A stretch of 63,093 nucleotides of DNA, the filler included, from Asterionella formosa (lineage: Eukaryota): assembly GCA_002256025.1 (NCBI GenBank). It is 17 parts of 17 records of this genome, joined end to end, with 100 filler letters (N's around TTAATTAATTAA, not from the genome) between each part and the next. Parts side by side here need not be neighbours in the genome. Positions count along the whole stretch, not along the records: positions 49,017 to 50,942 come from NKIB01000840.1; positions 51,043 to 52,968 come from NKIB01000841.1; positions 53,069 to 54,997 come from NKIB01000842.1; positions 55,098 to 57,023 come from NKIB01000843.1; positions 57,124 to 59,048 come from NKIB01000845.1; positions 59,149 to 61,071 come from NKIB01000847.1; 11 more parts are not named here. The stretch is one strand, 5' to 3'. Made by a program: the position numbers and the translations under genes. Of this stretch, positions 49,017 to 61,171 are shown piece after piece. Within the stretch, counting starts at the first letter, position 1, and each line of letters starts with the position of its first letter. Under the pieces are notes generated by a model that was not told the DNA's origin, ran no database searches, and was given only the letters and a program-made list of their open reading frames with translations.

Positions 49017-50942
49017 CGGCAGAAATATCCAGTTCCGGTCTATAATTCCCCTGCAATGGGGTAGTGCACCTCGTTGGAAGCCGCTGACCCGACTCGTCGA
49101 GTTTGAACTCTACGTTGGCGATGGCCGCCTTGACATACTGCTCGGAAGTCATGGCCCAACACTCAACTCCGTCGACTATTTTCTGCATTACCTGGGCTCT
49201 CAGGTAATTTTCCGGCTTCTCGACTTTATCATCCTTCAATCTGAAGGTCGACTGTATCCCGCTCATAGTCGCTCTAGGCTGCGCTGAAATGCAAAGAATG
49301 TCATCAACATATACAAGAATCATTTCGTAATACTCAAACCCATCCGGTTTTACCGCCGGTCGAATCCATACATCAGGGTCCCCTTTCGTGGGCAAGTAAC
49401 CCAAATCATGGAGGGTTTCTGCGAGATGCGCTCTGAATGCCGCACCGCTAGATTTGAGCCCATACAGCGCTTTCTTCACCACCATGGTAGCTCCCGCTTC
49501 TGACCCTAATTCCGGCCCTGCAATTATGTAAATTTTCTCTCTGCAATCTGCGGTTAGATAAGCGTTTTGAATATCGCAAGCAAGAAGTTGTAAGTCGTTC
49601 AATGAAGCAATCAATAAGGCAATGCGCACTGAGTCCCTCGACACAACTGACAAATACGTCAGGGCTGCGGGCGTTTCCGTCCGGCTGCCGTCAGCAACTA
49701 GTCTCGCCTTACGCCGAAAGTTTTCGCCCATTTTGATGTCGAACACGAAATGACACCTTATCTTTTGGTACCCTGGCGGAAGGTCTCCCTCTCGCTTTTC
49801 CCACTTTTCAAATGCCGGTCGCACGTTTTTCATTTCCTTGCAGATGGCGTCCCACCATAATGTGTTGCCATTGGCTTTATCAATCGCTAACGCCTCTTCG
49901 ACGGACTTCGGTATCCGTATACCGTATTTGTGAGTTCGCTGCCAATACTTAGACTTTACCTTTGCTAGGACTCGGTCCCGTTTCTTTAGAAGAGTCGGCA
50001 CCCACCACGCAAACGCTGCCTCGTCATCAATACGATTAGCAATTGAGTATTCCACCACCTGTATGGGGTACGATTGCTTCATATCCTTAAGTGCGACCCA
50101 AGTGGTACTCCCGTCCCTCCATTGGCACAGGAGTTGCCACCCTTGAGTCGTCTGTCTCCGCCGCTTGACACCGTTAGACATTGTGATGAACGCGTCCTCT
50201 TTGTCGAGTGCCATCGCATTCCGCCTATGTCGTCGAGAAGTACGTGTTGTTAGCCCTCCTCGTCTATCTGTGAAAACAAATTCTGAGCAATAAGGTTAGA
50301 AGACAATGCCTCTGAGTGTCCGTCAAAAAACTCGACCTCATACTCTCTCGTGTCAAGCAAAGGATTTTCGTGAGCCTTGCCGATAGGTCTACCATCGGCG
50401 TCGCGCAATCTCTTGTTGATTCTGCCGAATTGAACACCATCGTTATCATCTCCAGCGCCCCTCGCTATCGCTTTCTCTTTGTTGAGGTATGTATCCTCTA
50501 AAATATCGGGCGTGAAGGTGTCATCGGCATCTGGTATTTGGTGATCGCTCACAACATTGTTTATCTGTTTGCCGAATACTGGATCGTCCTGTAGATCCGA
50601 GTATTCATCCCAATCCTGCAATTGTTGCTCCTCCTCATCGCCTGCGTTTTGGTGGTTGTCGTCATGCATGATTTCCTTTATCCTCTCATTGTACTCCTTG
50701 CATCTGTATTTGACCTTGCTAGTTGTCAGTTCAAGGTGAGTGATACACTGCACTGTAGTGCGAGAGATAACGCGACAAGCAATGGTTAGAATCCCATATG
50801 ACATTAGGTTACCATCTCGGTGAGACACACCAAGCCAGCGCCGGAACATGTTTTCGCCAACCCCTGCATTATCCTTGTACCACACCCAATCGTAGAACCC
50901 GAAATCCAAGTATTCGGATATGTCGGGTGTCTCGCCTGTGAT
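49017..50942 (-). mobile_element. Near-identical variant contig of 46991-48916
   Basis: Same length and ends; a few substitutions (S>L, G>R, G>E, K>T). Confidence 0.9.
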
Positions 50943-51042
50943 NNNNNNNNNNNNNNNNNNNNNNNNNNNNNNNNNNNNNNNNNNNNTTAATTAATTAANN
51001 NNNNNNNNNNNNNNNNNNNNNNNNNNNNNNNNNNNNNNNNNN

Positions 51043-52968
51043 ATGTGAACGATTACAAGATAGATCAAATAAGCTCACAATAAGGTGGGATTAGAACAGA
51101 AGGTTTTAATACACTGAGCTTGTCTAGAAAGAGCTAGCATTGCAGTCAGACTGCAGAAGAATTTAACACGCTTGCAAGCGGATCAACTTCGTTTTGCAAC
51201 ATGACTGAAGACAAAGGTGAGACCATTCGCCTTGTGAAGTTTGATGGCGAGGACGCCAATTGGCATGAGTGGAGTGTGAAGACACTTGCACTAGCCAAGA
51301 CAAGAGGATTCAAGAATGCCTACATGAAGGATACCAATCCATGCAGCGATGCTGTCTACGAAACTACAGACAAAGACGATGTCAAGAAGATCTACGAGAT
51401 GAACGATCGCGCATACCAGCTCCTGATTATGAGTTGCACTGGGATTGCGTTTGGTTTGGTTAACCAAGCCAAGACAAAGAATCATCAAGACGGCGATGCA
51501 TTCCTTGCTTGGACCTACCTCAAGGCTCGCTATGTTCCTAATGCTACAAGCGACTTAATCCAACTGTCAGGACAGTTCAACAAGTGTATCTGTGAGGGGA
51601 AGACGCAAGACCCAGATGAGTGGTTCATCCAACTCGAGTTGTTGAGGAATCGAATGGCGACGAATGATTCTGCTTACGAAAAGAAGGATCTCGAGATGAT
51701 TGCCCACATACTTGACAAACTACCTAAGGAGTACTCAGAAGTGGTGACAATGGTTGAGGCTATGCCCTCCCTAACACTAGAAGACCTTAAGGCCAAGATA
51801 CGTGCGTTCTTCAAACGCAAGTTTAAGAACGAAAAGTCGGATGGCGAACTTGCTCTTGCTGCCTTTGGAACTAAGTTCAAAGGACTCTGCCGCTCTTGCG
51901 GCAAGCAAGGACACAAGGCAGCCGATTGTCGAGTCAAGAACAAGACACACGGCGACGGAAACAGGCCTCCTCCGAAAGGCGTCAAGTGTTTCAATTGCAA
52001 CAAGCATGCGGGACATATCGCAAAAGATTGCCCTGAACCCAAACGAGAACGTACTACAACGAAAGAGACCGGCATGTTTGTTGGCATGTGTACAATTGAC
52101 TACGAAGACATCGAAGCAAACGAAAAGAAACAAGATATGAATGACAAGTACAACGAGAACGACGATAAAAAAAAGAGTGGACTTTTGTCGGTATTTGCGA
52201 GGAAATTATTGATGATTGTGATGTAAAATTTAATAATAAAGAGTTTTGTGCCTCTGCTGTTGCTCCTCGCTCTATTGCCCCACAGGAGAATTGGCTCGCT
52301 GATACTGGAGCTACCGCCCATATCACGATGAGTGACGTCGGTATGACAAATGTACGCCCAGTCAGTGTCACAGTTGTCGTCGGCGATGGCTCGGAAATTA
52401 AATGCACAAAACGCGGTGACATCAAGCTCACCAACGGAGAGAAGACTATGACATTGAAGGATGTCCTGTACACGCCTAAGTTTCACAAGAACATCGTCAG
52501 TTTGGGCGTCCTAATCCGCGACGGTTTTGACCTTTCAGTCACAGGGTCTACAATGACCGTTAAGAAAGGTCGTGGAGGACATATTTCATTTAACAGAGAG
52601 ACCAATGGAGTTCTCTATTATTTTAAAGGAAGTCGCGCGAGTTATGCCGATGTCGTATCCATGGTTATTGCCCCATTGCCCCAGGGTGCCGATAGTACCA
52701 AAAACTTGTCCACAAACACCCATACAGTTATGAGTGGGGAGGACAAAATGAAGTCACAGGATATCAACGAGGCACACGATATCTACGGGCATATTGGGGA
52801 AGCCGCACTACGTGCTACGTTCAAAGCACTGAAGATAGAACTTACTGGTACCCTCCGGTCATGTGACGGATGCTCTAAGGCAAAGGCGAAAGCAAAGGCA
52901 GTTTCAAAAGTGTCGACTGTACAGGCTGTACTACCCGGTGAACGGATTTTCGTGGACACTTCAGGGCC
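51043..52968 (+). mobile_element. Ty1/copia 5' part: gag (51201-52226) and protease/GAG-pre-integrase in the -1 frame
   Basis: FDGED.NW..W, two CX2CX4-5HX4C knuckles, WLADTGATAH protease, H...GH...C..C, RIFVDTSG. Confidence 0.92.
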
Positions 52969-53068
52969 NNNNNNNNNNNNNNNNNNNNNNNNNNNNNNNN
53001 NNNNNNNNNNNNTTAATTAATTAANNNNNNNNNNNNNNNNNNNNNNNNNNNNNNNNNNNNNNNNNNNN

Positions 53069-54997
53069 GGCCCTGAAGTGTCCACGAAAATCCGTTCACC
53101 GGGTAGTACAGCCTGTACAGTCGACACTTTTGAAACTGCCTTTGCTTTCGCCTTTGCCTTAGAGCATCCGTCACATGACCGGAGGGTACCAGTAAGTTCT
53201 ATCTTCAGTGCTTTGAACGTAGCACGTAGTGCGGCTTCCCCAATATGCCCGTAGATATCGTGTGCCTCGTTGATATCCTGTGACTTCATTTTGTCCTCCC
53301 CACTCATAACTGTATGGGTGTTTGTAGACAAGTTTTTGGTACTATCGGCCCCATGGGGCGATGGGGCAATAACCATGGATACGACATCGGCATAACTCGC
53401 GCGAATTCCTTTAAAATAATAGAGAACTCTATTGGTCTCTCTGTTAAATGAAATATGTCCTCCACGACCTTTCTTAACTGTCATTGTAGACCCTGTGACT
53501 GAAAGGTCAAAACCGTCACGGATTAGGACGCCCAAACTGACGATGTTCTTGTGAAACTTAGGCGTGTACAGGACATCCTTCAATGTCATAGTCTTCTCTC
53601 CGTTGGTGAGCTTGATGTCACCGCGTTTTGTGCATTTAATTTCCGAGCCATCGCCGACAACAACTGTGACACTGACTGGGCGTACATTTGTCATACCAAC
53701 ATCACTCATTGTGATATGGGCGGTAGCTCCAGTATCAGCGAGCCAATTCTCCTGTAGGGCAATAGAGCGAGGAGCAACAGCAGAGGCACAAAACTCTTTA
53801 TTATTAAATTTTACATCACAATCATCAATAATTTCCTCGCAAATACCGACAAAAGTCCACTCTTTTTTTTATCGTCGTTCTCGTTGTACTTGTCATTCAT
53901 ATCTTGTTTCTTTTTGTTTGCTTCGATGTCTTCGTAGTCAATTGTACACATGCCAACAAACATGCCGGTCTCTTTCGTTGTAGTACATTCTCGTTTGGGT
54001 TCAGGGCAATCTTTTGCGATATGTCCGGCATGCTTGTTGCAATTGAAACACTTGACGCCTTTCGGAGGAGGCCTGTTTCCGTCGCCGTGTGTCTTGTTCT
54101 TGACTCGAAAATCGGCTGCCTTGTGTCCTTGCTTGCCGCAAGAGCGGCAGAGTCCTTTGAACTTAGTTCCAAAGGCAGCAAGAGCAAGTTCGCCATCCGA
54201 CTTTTCGTTCTTAAAAATGCGTTTGAAGAACGCAAGTATCTTGGCCTTAAGGTCTTCTAGTGTTAGGGAGGGCATAGCCTCAACCATTGTTACCACTTCT
54301 GAGTACTCCTTAGGTAGTTTGTCAAGTATGTGGGCAATCATCTCGAGATCCTTCTTTTCTTAAGCAGAATCAATTGTCGCCATTCGATTCCTCAACAACT
54401 CGAGTTGGATGAACCACTCATCTGGGTCTTGCGTCTTCCCCTCACAGATGCACTTGTTGAACTGTCCTGACAGTTGGATTAAGTCGCTTGTAGCATTAGG
54501 AACATAGCGAGCCTTGAGGTAGGTCCAAGCAAGGAATGCATCGCCGTCTTGATGATTCTTTGTCTTGGCTTGGTTAACCAAACCAAACGCAATCCCAGTG
54601 CAACTCATAATCAGGAGCTGGTATGCGCGATCGTTCATCTCGTAGATCTTCTTGACATCGTCTTTGTCTGTAGTTTTGTAGACAGCATCGCTGCATGGAT
54701 TGGTATCCTTCATGTAGGCATTCTTGAATCCTCTTGTCTTGGCTAGTGCAAGTGTCTTCACACTCCACTCATGCCAATTGGCGTCCTCGCCATCAAACTT
54801 CACAAGGCGAATGGTCTCACCTTTGTCTTCAGTCATGTTGCAAAACGAAGTTGATCCACTTGCAAGCGTGTTAAATTCTTCTGCAGTCTGACTGCAATCA
54901 TGCTAGCTCTTTCTAGACAAGCTCAGTGAATTAAAACCTTCTGTTCTAATCCCACCTTATTGTGAGCTTATTTGATCTATCTTGTAATCGTTCACAT
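53069..54997 (-). mobile_element. Variant copy of the copia gag-protease contig with premature gag stop
   Basis: TAC>TAA at 54360-54362; Cys>Phe in the first zinc knuckle; 3-bp insertion near 54900. Confidence 0.9.
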
Positions 54998-55097
54998 NNN
55001 NNNNNNNNNNNNNNNNNNNNNNNNNNNNNNNNNNNNNNNNNTTAATTAATTAANNNNNNNNNNNNNNNNNNNNNNNNNNNNNNNNNNNNNNNNNNNN

Positions 55098-57023
55098 GGC
55101 CCTGAAGTGTCCACGAAAATCCGTTCACCGGGTAGTACAGCCTGTACAGTCGACACTTTTGAAACTGCCTTTGCTTTCGCCTTTGCCTTAGAGCATCCGT
55201 CACATGACCGGAGGGTACCAGTAAGTTCTATCTTCAGTGCTTTGAACGTAGCACGTAGTGCGGCTTCCCCAATATGCCCGTAGATATCGTGTGCCTCGTT
55301 GATATCCTGTGACTTCATTTTGTCCTCCCCACTCATAACTGTATGGGTGTTTGTAGACAAGTTTTTGGTACTATCGGCCCCCTGGGGCAATGGGGCAATA
55401 ACCATGGATACGACATCGGCATAACTCGCGCGACTTCCTTTAAAATAATAGAGAACTCCATTGGTCTCTCTGTTAAATGAAATATGTCCTCCACGACCTT
55501 TCTTAACGGTCATTGTAGACCCTGTGACTGAAAGGTCAAAACCGTCGCGGATTAGGACGCCCAAACTGACGATGTTCTTGTGAAACTTAGGCGTGTACAG
55601 GACATCCTTCAATGTCATAGTCTTCTCTCCGTTGGTGAGCTTGATGTCACCGCGTTTTGTGCATTTAATTTCCGAGCCATCGCCGACAACAACTGTGACA
55701 CTGACTGGGCGTACATTTGTCATACCAACATCACTCATTGTGATATGGGCGGTAGCTGCAGTATCAGCGAGCCAATTCTCCTGTAGGGCAATAGAGCGAG
55801 GAGCAACAGCAGAGGCACAAAACTCTTTATTATTAAATTTTACATCGCAATCATCAATAATTTCCTCGCAAATACCGACAAAAGTCCACTCTTTTTTTTA
55901 TCGTCGTTCTCGTTGTACTTGTCATTCATATCTTGTTTCTTTTCGTTTGCTTCGATGTCTTCGTAGTCAATTATACACATGCCAACAAACATGCCGGTCT
56001 CTTTCGTTGTAGTACGTTCTCGTTTGGGTTCAGGGCAATCTTTTGCGATATGTCCGGCATGCTTGTTGCAATTGAAACACTTGACGCCTTTCGGAGGAGG
56101 CCTGTTTCCGTCGCCGTGTGTCTTGTTCTTGACTCGACAATCGGCTGCCTTGTGTCCTTGCTTGCCGCAAGAGCGGCAGAGTCCTTTGAACTTAGTTCCA
56201 AAGGCAGCAAGAGCAAGTTCGCCATCCGACTTTTCGTTCTTAAACTTGCGTTTGAAGAACGCACGTATCTTGGCCTTAAGGTCTTCTAGTGTTAAGGAGG
56301 GCATAGCCTCAACCATTGTCACCACTTCTGAGTACTCCTTAGGTAGTTTGTCAAGTATGTGGGCAATCATATCGAGATCCTTCTTTTCGTAAGCAGAATC
56401 ATTCGTCGCCATTCGATTCCTCAACAACTCGAGTTGGATGAACCACTCATCTGGGTCTTGCGTCTTCCCCTCACAGATACACTTGTTGAACTGTCCTGAC
56501 AGTTGGATTAAGTCGCTTGTAGCATTAGGAACATAGCGAGCCTTGAGGTAGGTCCAAGCAAGGAATGCATCGCCGTCTTGATGATTCTTTGTCTTGGCTT
56601 GGTTAACCAAACCAAACGCAATCCCAGTGCAACTCATAATCAGGAGCTGGTATGCGCGATCGTTCATCTCGTAGATCTTCTTGACATCGTCTTTGTCTGT
56701 AGTTTCGTAGACAGCATCGCTGCATGGATTGGTATCCTTCATGTAGGCATTCTTGAATCCTCTTGTCTTGGCTAGTGCAAGTGTCTTCACACTCCACTCA
56801 TGCCAATTGGCGTCCTCGCCATCAAACTTCACAAGGCGAATGGTCTCACCTTTGTCTTCAGTCATGTTGCAAAACGAAGTTGATCCGCTTGCAAGCGTGT
56901 TAAATTCTTCTGCAGTCTGACTGCAATGCTAGCTCTTTCTAGACAAGCTCAGTGTATTAAAACCTTCTGTTCTAATCCCACCTTATTGTGAGCTTATTTG
57001 ATCTATCTTGTAATCGTTCACAT
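55098..57023 (-). mobile_element. Third variant of the copia gag-protease contig
   Basis: Intact gag 55840-56865; same frame change before the protease. Confidence 0.9.
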
Positions 57024-57123
57024 NNNNNNNNNNNNNNNNNNNNNNNNNNNNNNNNNNNNNNNNNNNNTTAATTAATTAANNNNNNNNNNNNNNNNNNNNN
57101 NNNNNNNNNNNNNNNNNNNNNNN

Positions 57124-58230
57124 GATTCTACAAGACCGGGATACTTCAGCGAATCTGAAGCAGGTGAATAAATTCAATTCAACCAATCAGAATATGTGTA
57201 GTGACACGGGAACTTACCCTGGAGTCTTTTTGGACTGAGAATTATTCAGCAACACCTACCTACGCAAGACTCCAAGTATACGAGAACTTTTTGCATGTAC
57301 AAATTCTGATTCCAATCTTTTGACGACTGTTGAAAAAGCCGATTGGGTCGACTTTTTGGAGGAGGATTGCTCTACATCTACGGGGTTTCATGAAGAATGA
57401 CATAGATAGCCGTGTACCCTATAACGTCAGGAGTTAACTTCTGGAGAGAAGTGGTAGTTATCCCTCGTAGATTTTTTTAAAGCTTGATGGCCCCCTTTTT
57501 TGACTATTTTTTTGGATAGTTACGATTCCAAGAGGGATAACTGCCACTTCTCTCTAGAAATGAGGTCCTTACCATATCTGTATTTAGATCATACTCCTAA
57601 GTCGACCCATGACTGTATCTAAGCATATGCAAAGTGGTCGTATTGTTGAAAGCTAAGTTTAGCTTTAACTATTTTATTTCGTTGCTCGTACTGTGTGGAT
57701 TGAAGTACATAATAAAATTATTTTGGAAAAAAACAGACCTCATCATGTGTAACTGCGGGGCCGCAACCTTAAAAATTGCGAGGTCCGTTTTTTCCCAAAA
57801 TATTTTTATGATGTTCCTCAATCAACACATTTCTAAATATCTACGATACATAACTGGCACTTCTCTCCAGAAGTTAACTCCTGAAGTTATAGGGTACACG
57901 GCTATCTATTTTAATCGTCATGAAACCCAGTAGATGTAGAGCAATCCTCTTCCAAAAAGTCGACACGATCAGTTTTTTCAACAGTCGCCAAAATATTGGA
58001 ATCGGAATTAGTACGTGCAGAAACGTCCTCGTAGACTTAGAGTCTTGCGTAGGTATGTGTTGCTGAATAATTCTCTGTCCGAAAAGACTCCAGGGTAAGT
58101 TCTCGCGTCACTACACATATTCTAATTGGTTGAATTGAATTTACTCACCTCCTGCTCCAGATCGGCCGAAGTATCCTCCCGGTCTTGTAAAATTACGCCA
58201 GCCATACTTGAACCACATATATTAGATGTA
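57124..58230. mobile_element. Foldback element with ~330-bp inverted arms
   Basis: 57124-57460 is the imperfect reverse complement of 57850-58190; extra internal hairpin at 57440-57560; non-coding. Confidence 0.8.
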
Positions 58231-59772
58231 ATGTACCGGTACTTGGTAGGTAAAATAAGTAATAACAAAGATTCAATATAAACGGACAAAAATTATCATG
58301 AATATACATTTAGGCATACTCCTGATTTATATATGTGTTATGGCGTGGAACAAAATTATGTCTACATTCAGCAACGTAGATATAGTATAAACGTTTAAAT
58401 ATCATTTTTGTTTGTTTAAAATGGAACTCTGTCTATCTGGCGCCGACTCCTATTTAATTCAAATAATCAAATGGACACTCAAATCATGGGAACTCATAGC
58501 AGCAAACTCCCTGTTCCATGCCGTTTTTACAACCCTAGCGACGTTTTCTCCAAACTAGGGTTAAGCCGAGGGCCGCAACCTTAAGTGCCTCAAAGCAAAC
58601 CATTTTTAAATGGTACCTGGTTCTATGACAAATAGTGAAGGGATCATTTGAGTCGAGTCACAAAAGTGACTGCAACTATGATTATGCTCCAACTATGTGT
58701 TATAGTAAATGTGGCTCCCAGGGACCACAGAATTGTTTTGGTAAAGACGATGACGAGAGGATTGAAGTAGAAGTTGAAAGATCAAAAATGGATCTTAGGA
58801 AGGATCTTTTTCTAAGTAGTAGAAAGCTCACAATAAAGTAAAGCAGAATGTGAGTTTCTGACATTTACTAAAGATCTAGAAGTACATCTAAGCCGCGAAA
58901 TACGCCACTTTTCGAAATTTCGTCTACGTATGAGTGTTAATTATGTGGTACTTCACATGCATTAATGCCACTCTTCACGTAAAAAAGATTACTTTTAACG
59001 GTTTCATGTGAAGTTTTAACTGCTTCATGTGAAGTTTTCACAATGAATNNNNNNNNNNNNNNNNNNNNNNNNNNNNNNNNNNNNNNNNNNNNTTAATTAA
59101 TTAANNNNNNNNNNNNNNNNNNNNNNNNNNNNNNNNNNNNNNNNNNNNGCCTGCCTCCCAACGATTGTCATCCAAGTACCACGCACATTGATGGCTTCAT
59201 TACCTTAAACATTCTCCATCCTTCGAAGGCGCAATGTGTCGAAGTCACAATGTTTTTCGTTATGTATTGCAAAAATTTTCTTTTCTTGTCATGTGCTTTA
59301 CTACGACGTATCTTTTCATGAAGCAGCAGGCATTGTTTGTTAACATGACAGAACGATTTCAAAAATATATATGCCATGGATATAGAAATAAAATTTGTAA
59401 ATATATATATATATTAAGTGTTATACATTTATAAAATTCAAACGCGCTCTCGATATGGAACATCTGATATGGTTGAGATGATCATACTCGCATATACATA
59501 ATTCGAAAATACTCAATGCACTATATGTCCATTGTTTTCCACGACTACGTGTACCGGAATTGTTTCTGAAATTTGTTTGCATCGATATTTTCTACGTCCG
59601 TTGAAACTAATTATTTAGACCGTTAAATAGCCGCCAGGGTTTTGGTAGCAAATTGTTTAAGCCCCTTTTTTGGTCGGGAGCTCTTCATGTGTACCGGTAC
59701 ATCATATGACAATAACAATATATCATATATATATACAGAGTACCAGCAGCAGGTAGTAAGTGATATACTGGG

Positions 59773-60285
59773 GGTAGTCGGAGTAGTAAACTAGCAACAG
59801 AACACCATATGTTCGGGAATGTTGCTACTGCAGTGGGACAGTAAATCATCATAGTTTTAGGATCGTATGATCATAAAACTATAAACCAAAAGAACACCAT
59901 ATGTTCATGACTGTTGCAATTACATTGGGACAGTAAATCATCATAGTTTTAGGATCGTATGATCGTAAAACTAAAAATAAATAGAACACCATATGTTCAT
60001 GACTGTTGCAATTACAGTGGGACAGTAAATCATCATAGTTTTAGGATCATATGATCGTAAAACTAAAAACAAATAGAACACCATATGTTAATGACTGTTG
60101 CAATTACAGTGGGACAGTAAATCATCATAGTTTTAGGATTGTATGATCGTGAAACTGAAAAGCGGTACCGGTAGTCGGAGTAATAAGCAAGCAATAGAAC
60201 ACCATAGTAAATCATCATAGTTTTAGGATTGCATAAATAGAACACCATATGTCTATGACTGCTGCTACTACAGCGGGACAGTACC
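59773..60285. repeat. 92-bp tandem array
   Basis: AGAACACCATATGTT units start at 59799, 59891, 59983 and 60075, followed by rearranged partial units. Confidence 0.9.
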
Positions 60286-60300
60286 GGTAAATGAATTTAA

Positions 60301-60657
60301 GATCATCAAACTTTAAGGAAGACAACGACAACAGCTGGTCGTGTTGCTGGTCCACTTTTAATGGCCGAAGAAGGAAGTGACGAAAAGATCACCATTACGA
60401 GCGGAACGAGAGAAATCGCTTATGACGCCAAGTCTGGACGATTCTTTGAGACTAACTTGCAGGAAGAAGAATGCATTCCTGACGAGGAATACTGTGTCGT
60501 CGATCCGGAAAGTGGGGATCTCATTCGTCTCACAGTAGCCGAAAAGGAGCGTATCTTTCTGGACGCGCTTCAGTCCTACTATGCCACTGGAAGGCAAATG
60601 CTCAAGGATGACGAGTTTGACCTATTGAAGGAAGATTTCCAATGGAACGGATCTGAG
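60301..60657 (+). pseudogene. PGRL1: Truncated PGR5-like 1 gene fragment
   Basis: CIPDEEYCVVD...EKERIFLDALQSYY..G..ML.DDEFDLLKEDFQWNGS matches the PGRL1 N-terminal stromal region; no signal peptide or transmembrane half visible. Confidence 0.75.
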
Positions 60658-61171
60658 CATATATACCGGTATAGCTAAAACAAGGAAAGACGACACAACA
60701 ATGAACGTGATGGCTGGTTGTTGAGGATACCGGTATAAGACTATATAATGGTGAGTGACAATCCGGTTTATACTGATGTTCATCACTGAATAATAGTGTA
60801 AAGTGTTTCTTACTTGGTATATAATAACGAGGTTATTAATGCTGCTTTACTATAATAACCTAGGTTTTTTGTCGTAAAGTCTGACTTGGTGGCGTCAGAC
60901 TTTGGACTCAAGTCATGATCTATTTCTAACGGTATTATAGAGAGTACCGTATACTTCATTGTCCTGGACCCCCCAATGTACACTGCCGTGACTGAATTTG
61001 ACTGATTTTACTTAAGGGGGGCCCAGGACAATGAAGAGATTTCCCTTATAATGGACCTAAGTAAATTTCTTNNNNNNNNNNNNNNNNNNNNNNNNNNNNN
61101 NNNNNNNNNNNNNNNTTAATTAATTAANNNNNNNNNNNNNNNNNNNNNNNNNNNNNNNNNNNNNNNNNNNN

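Noticed and set aside
46991..50942. 4-kb palindrome of copia RT
   Set aside because: Two variant contigs placed in opposite orientation around the artificial spacer.
51080..51120. Primer-binding site of the copia element
   Set aside because: No recognisable TGG-tRNA or GGTTATGGG-type PBS; the LTR boundary cannot be fixed from one end.
51043..57023. Tandem or inverted triplication of a gag gene
   Set aside because: Separate contigs with identical ends; the adjacency is artificial.
59799..60165. 92-bp palindromic repeats as CRISPR
   Set aside because: The whole unit is repeated; there are no unique spacers.
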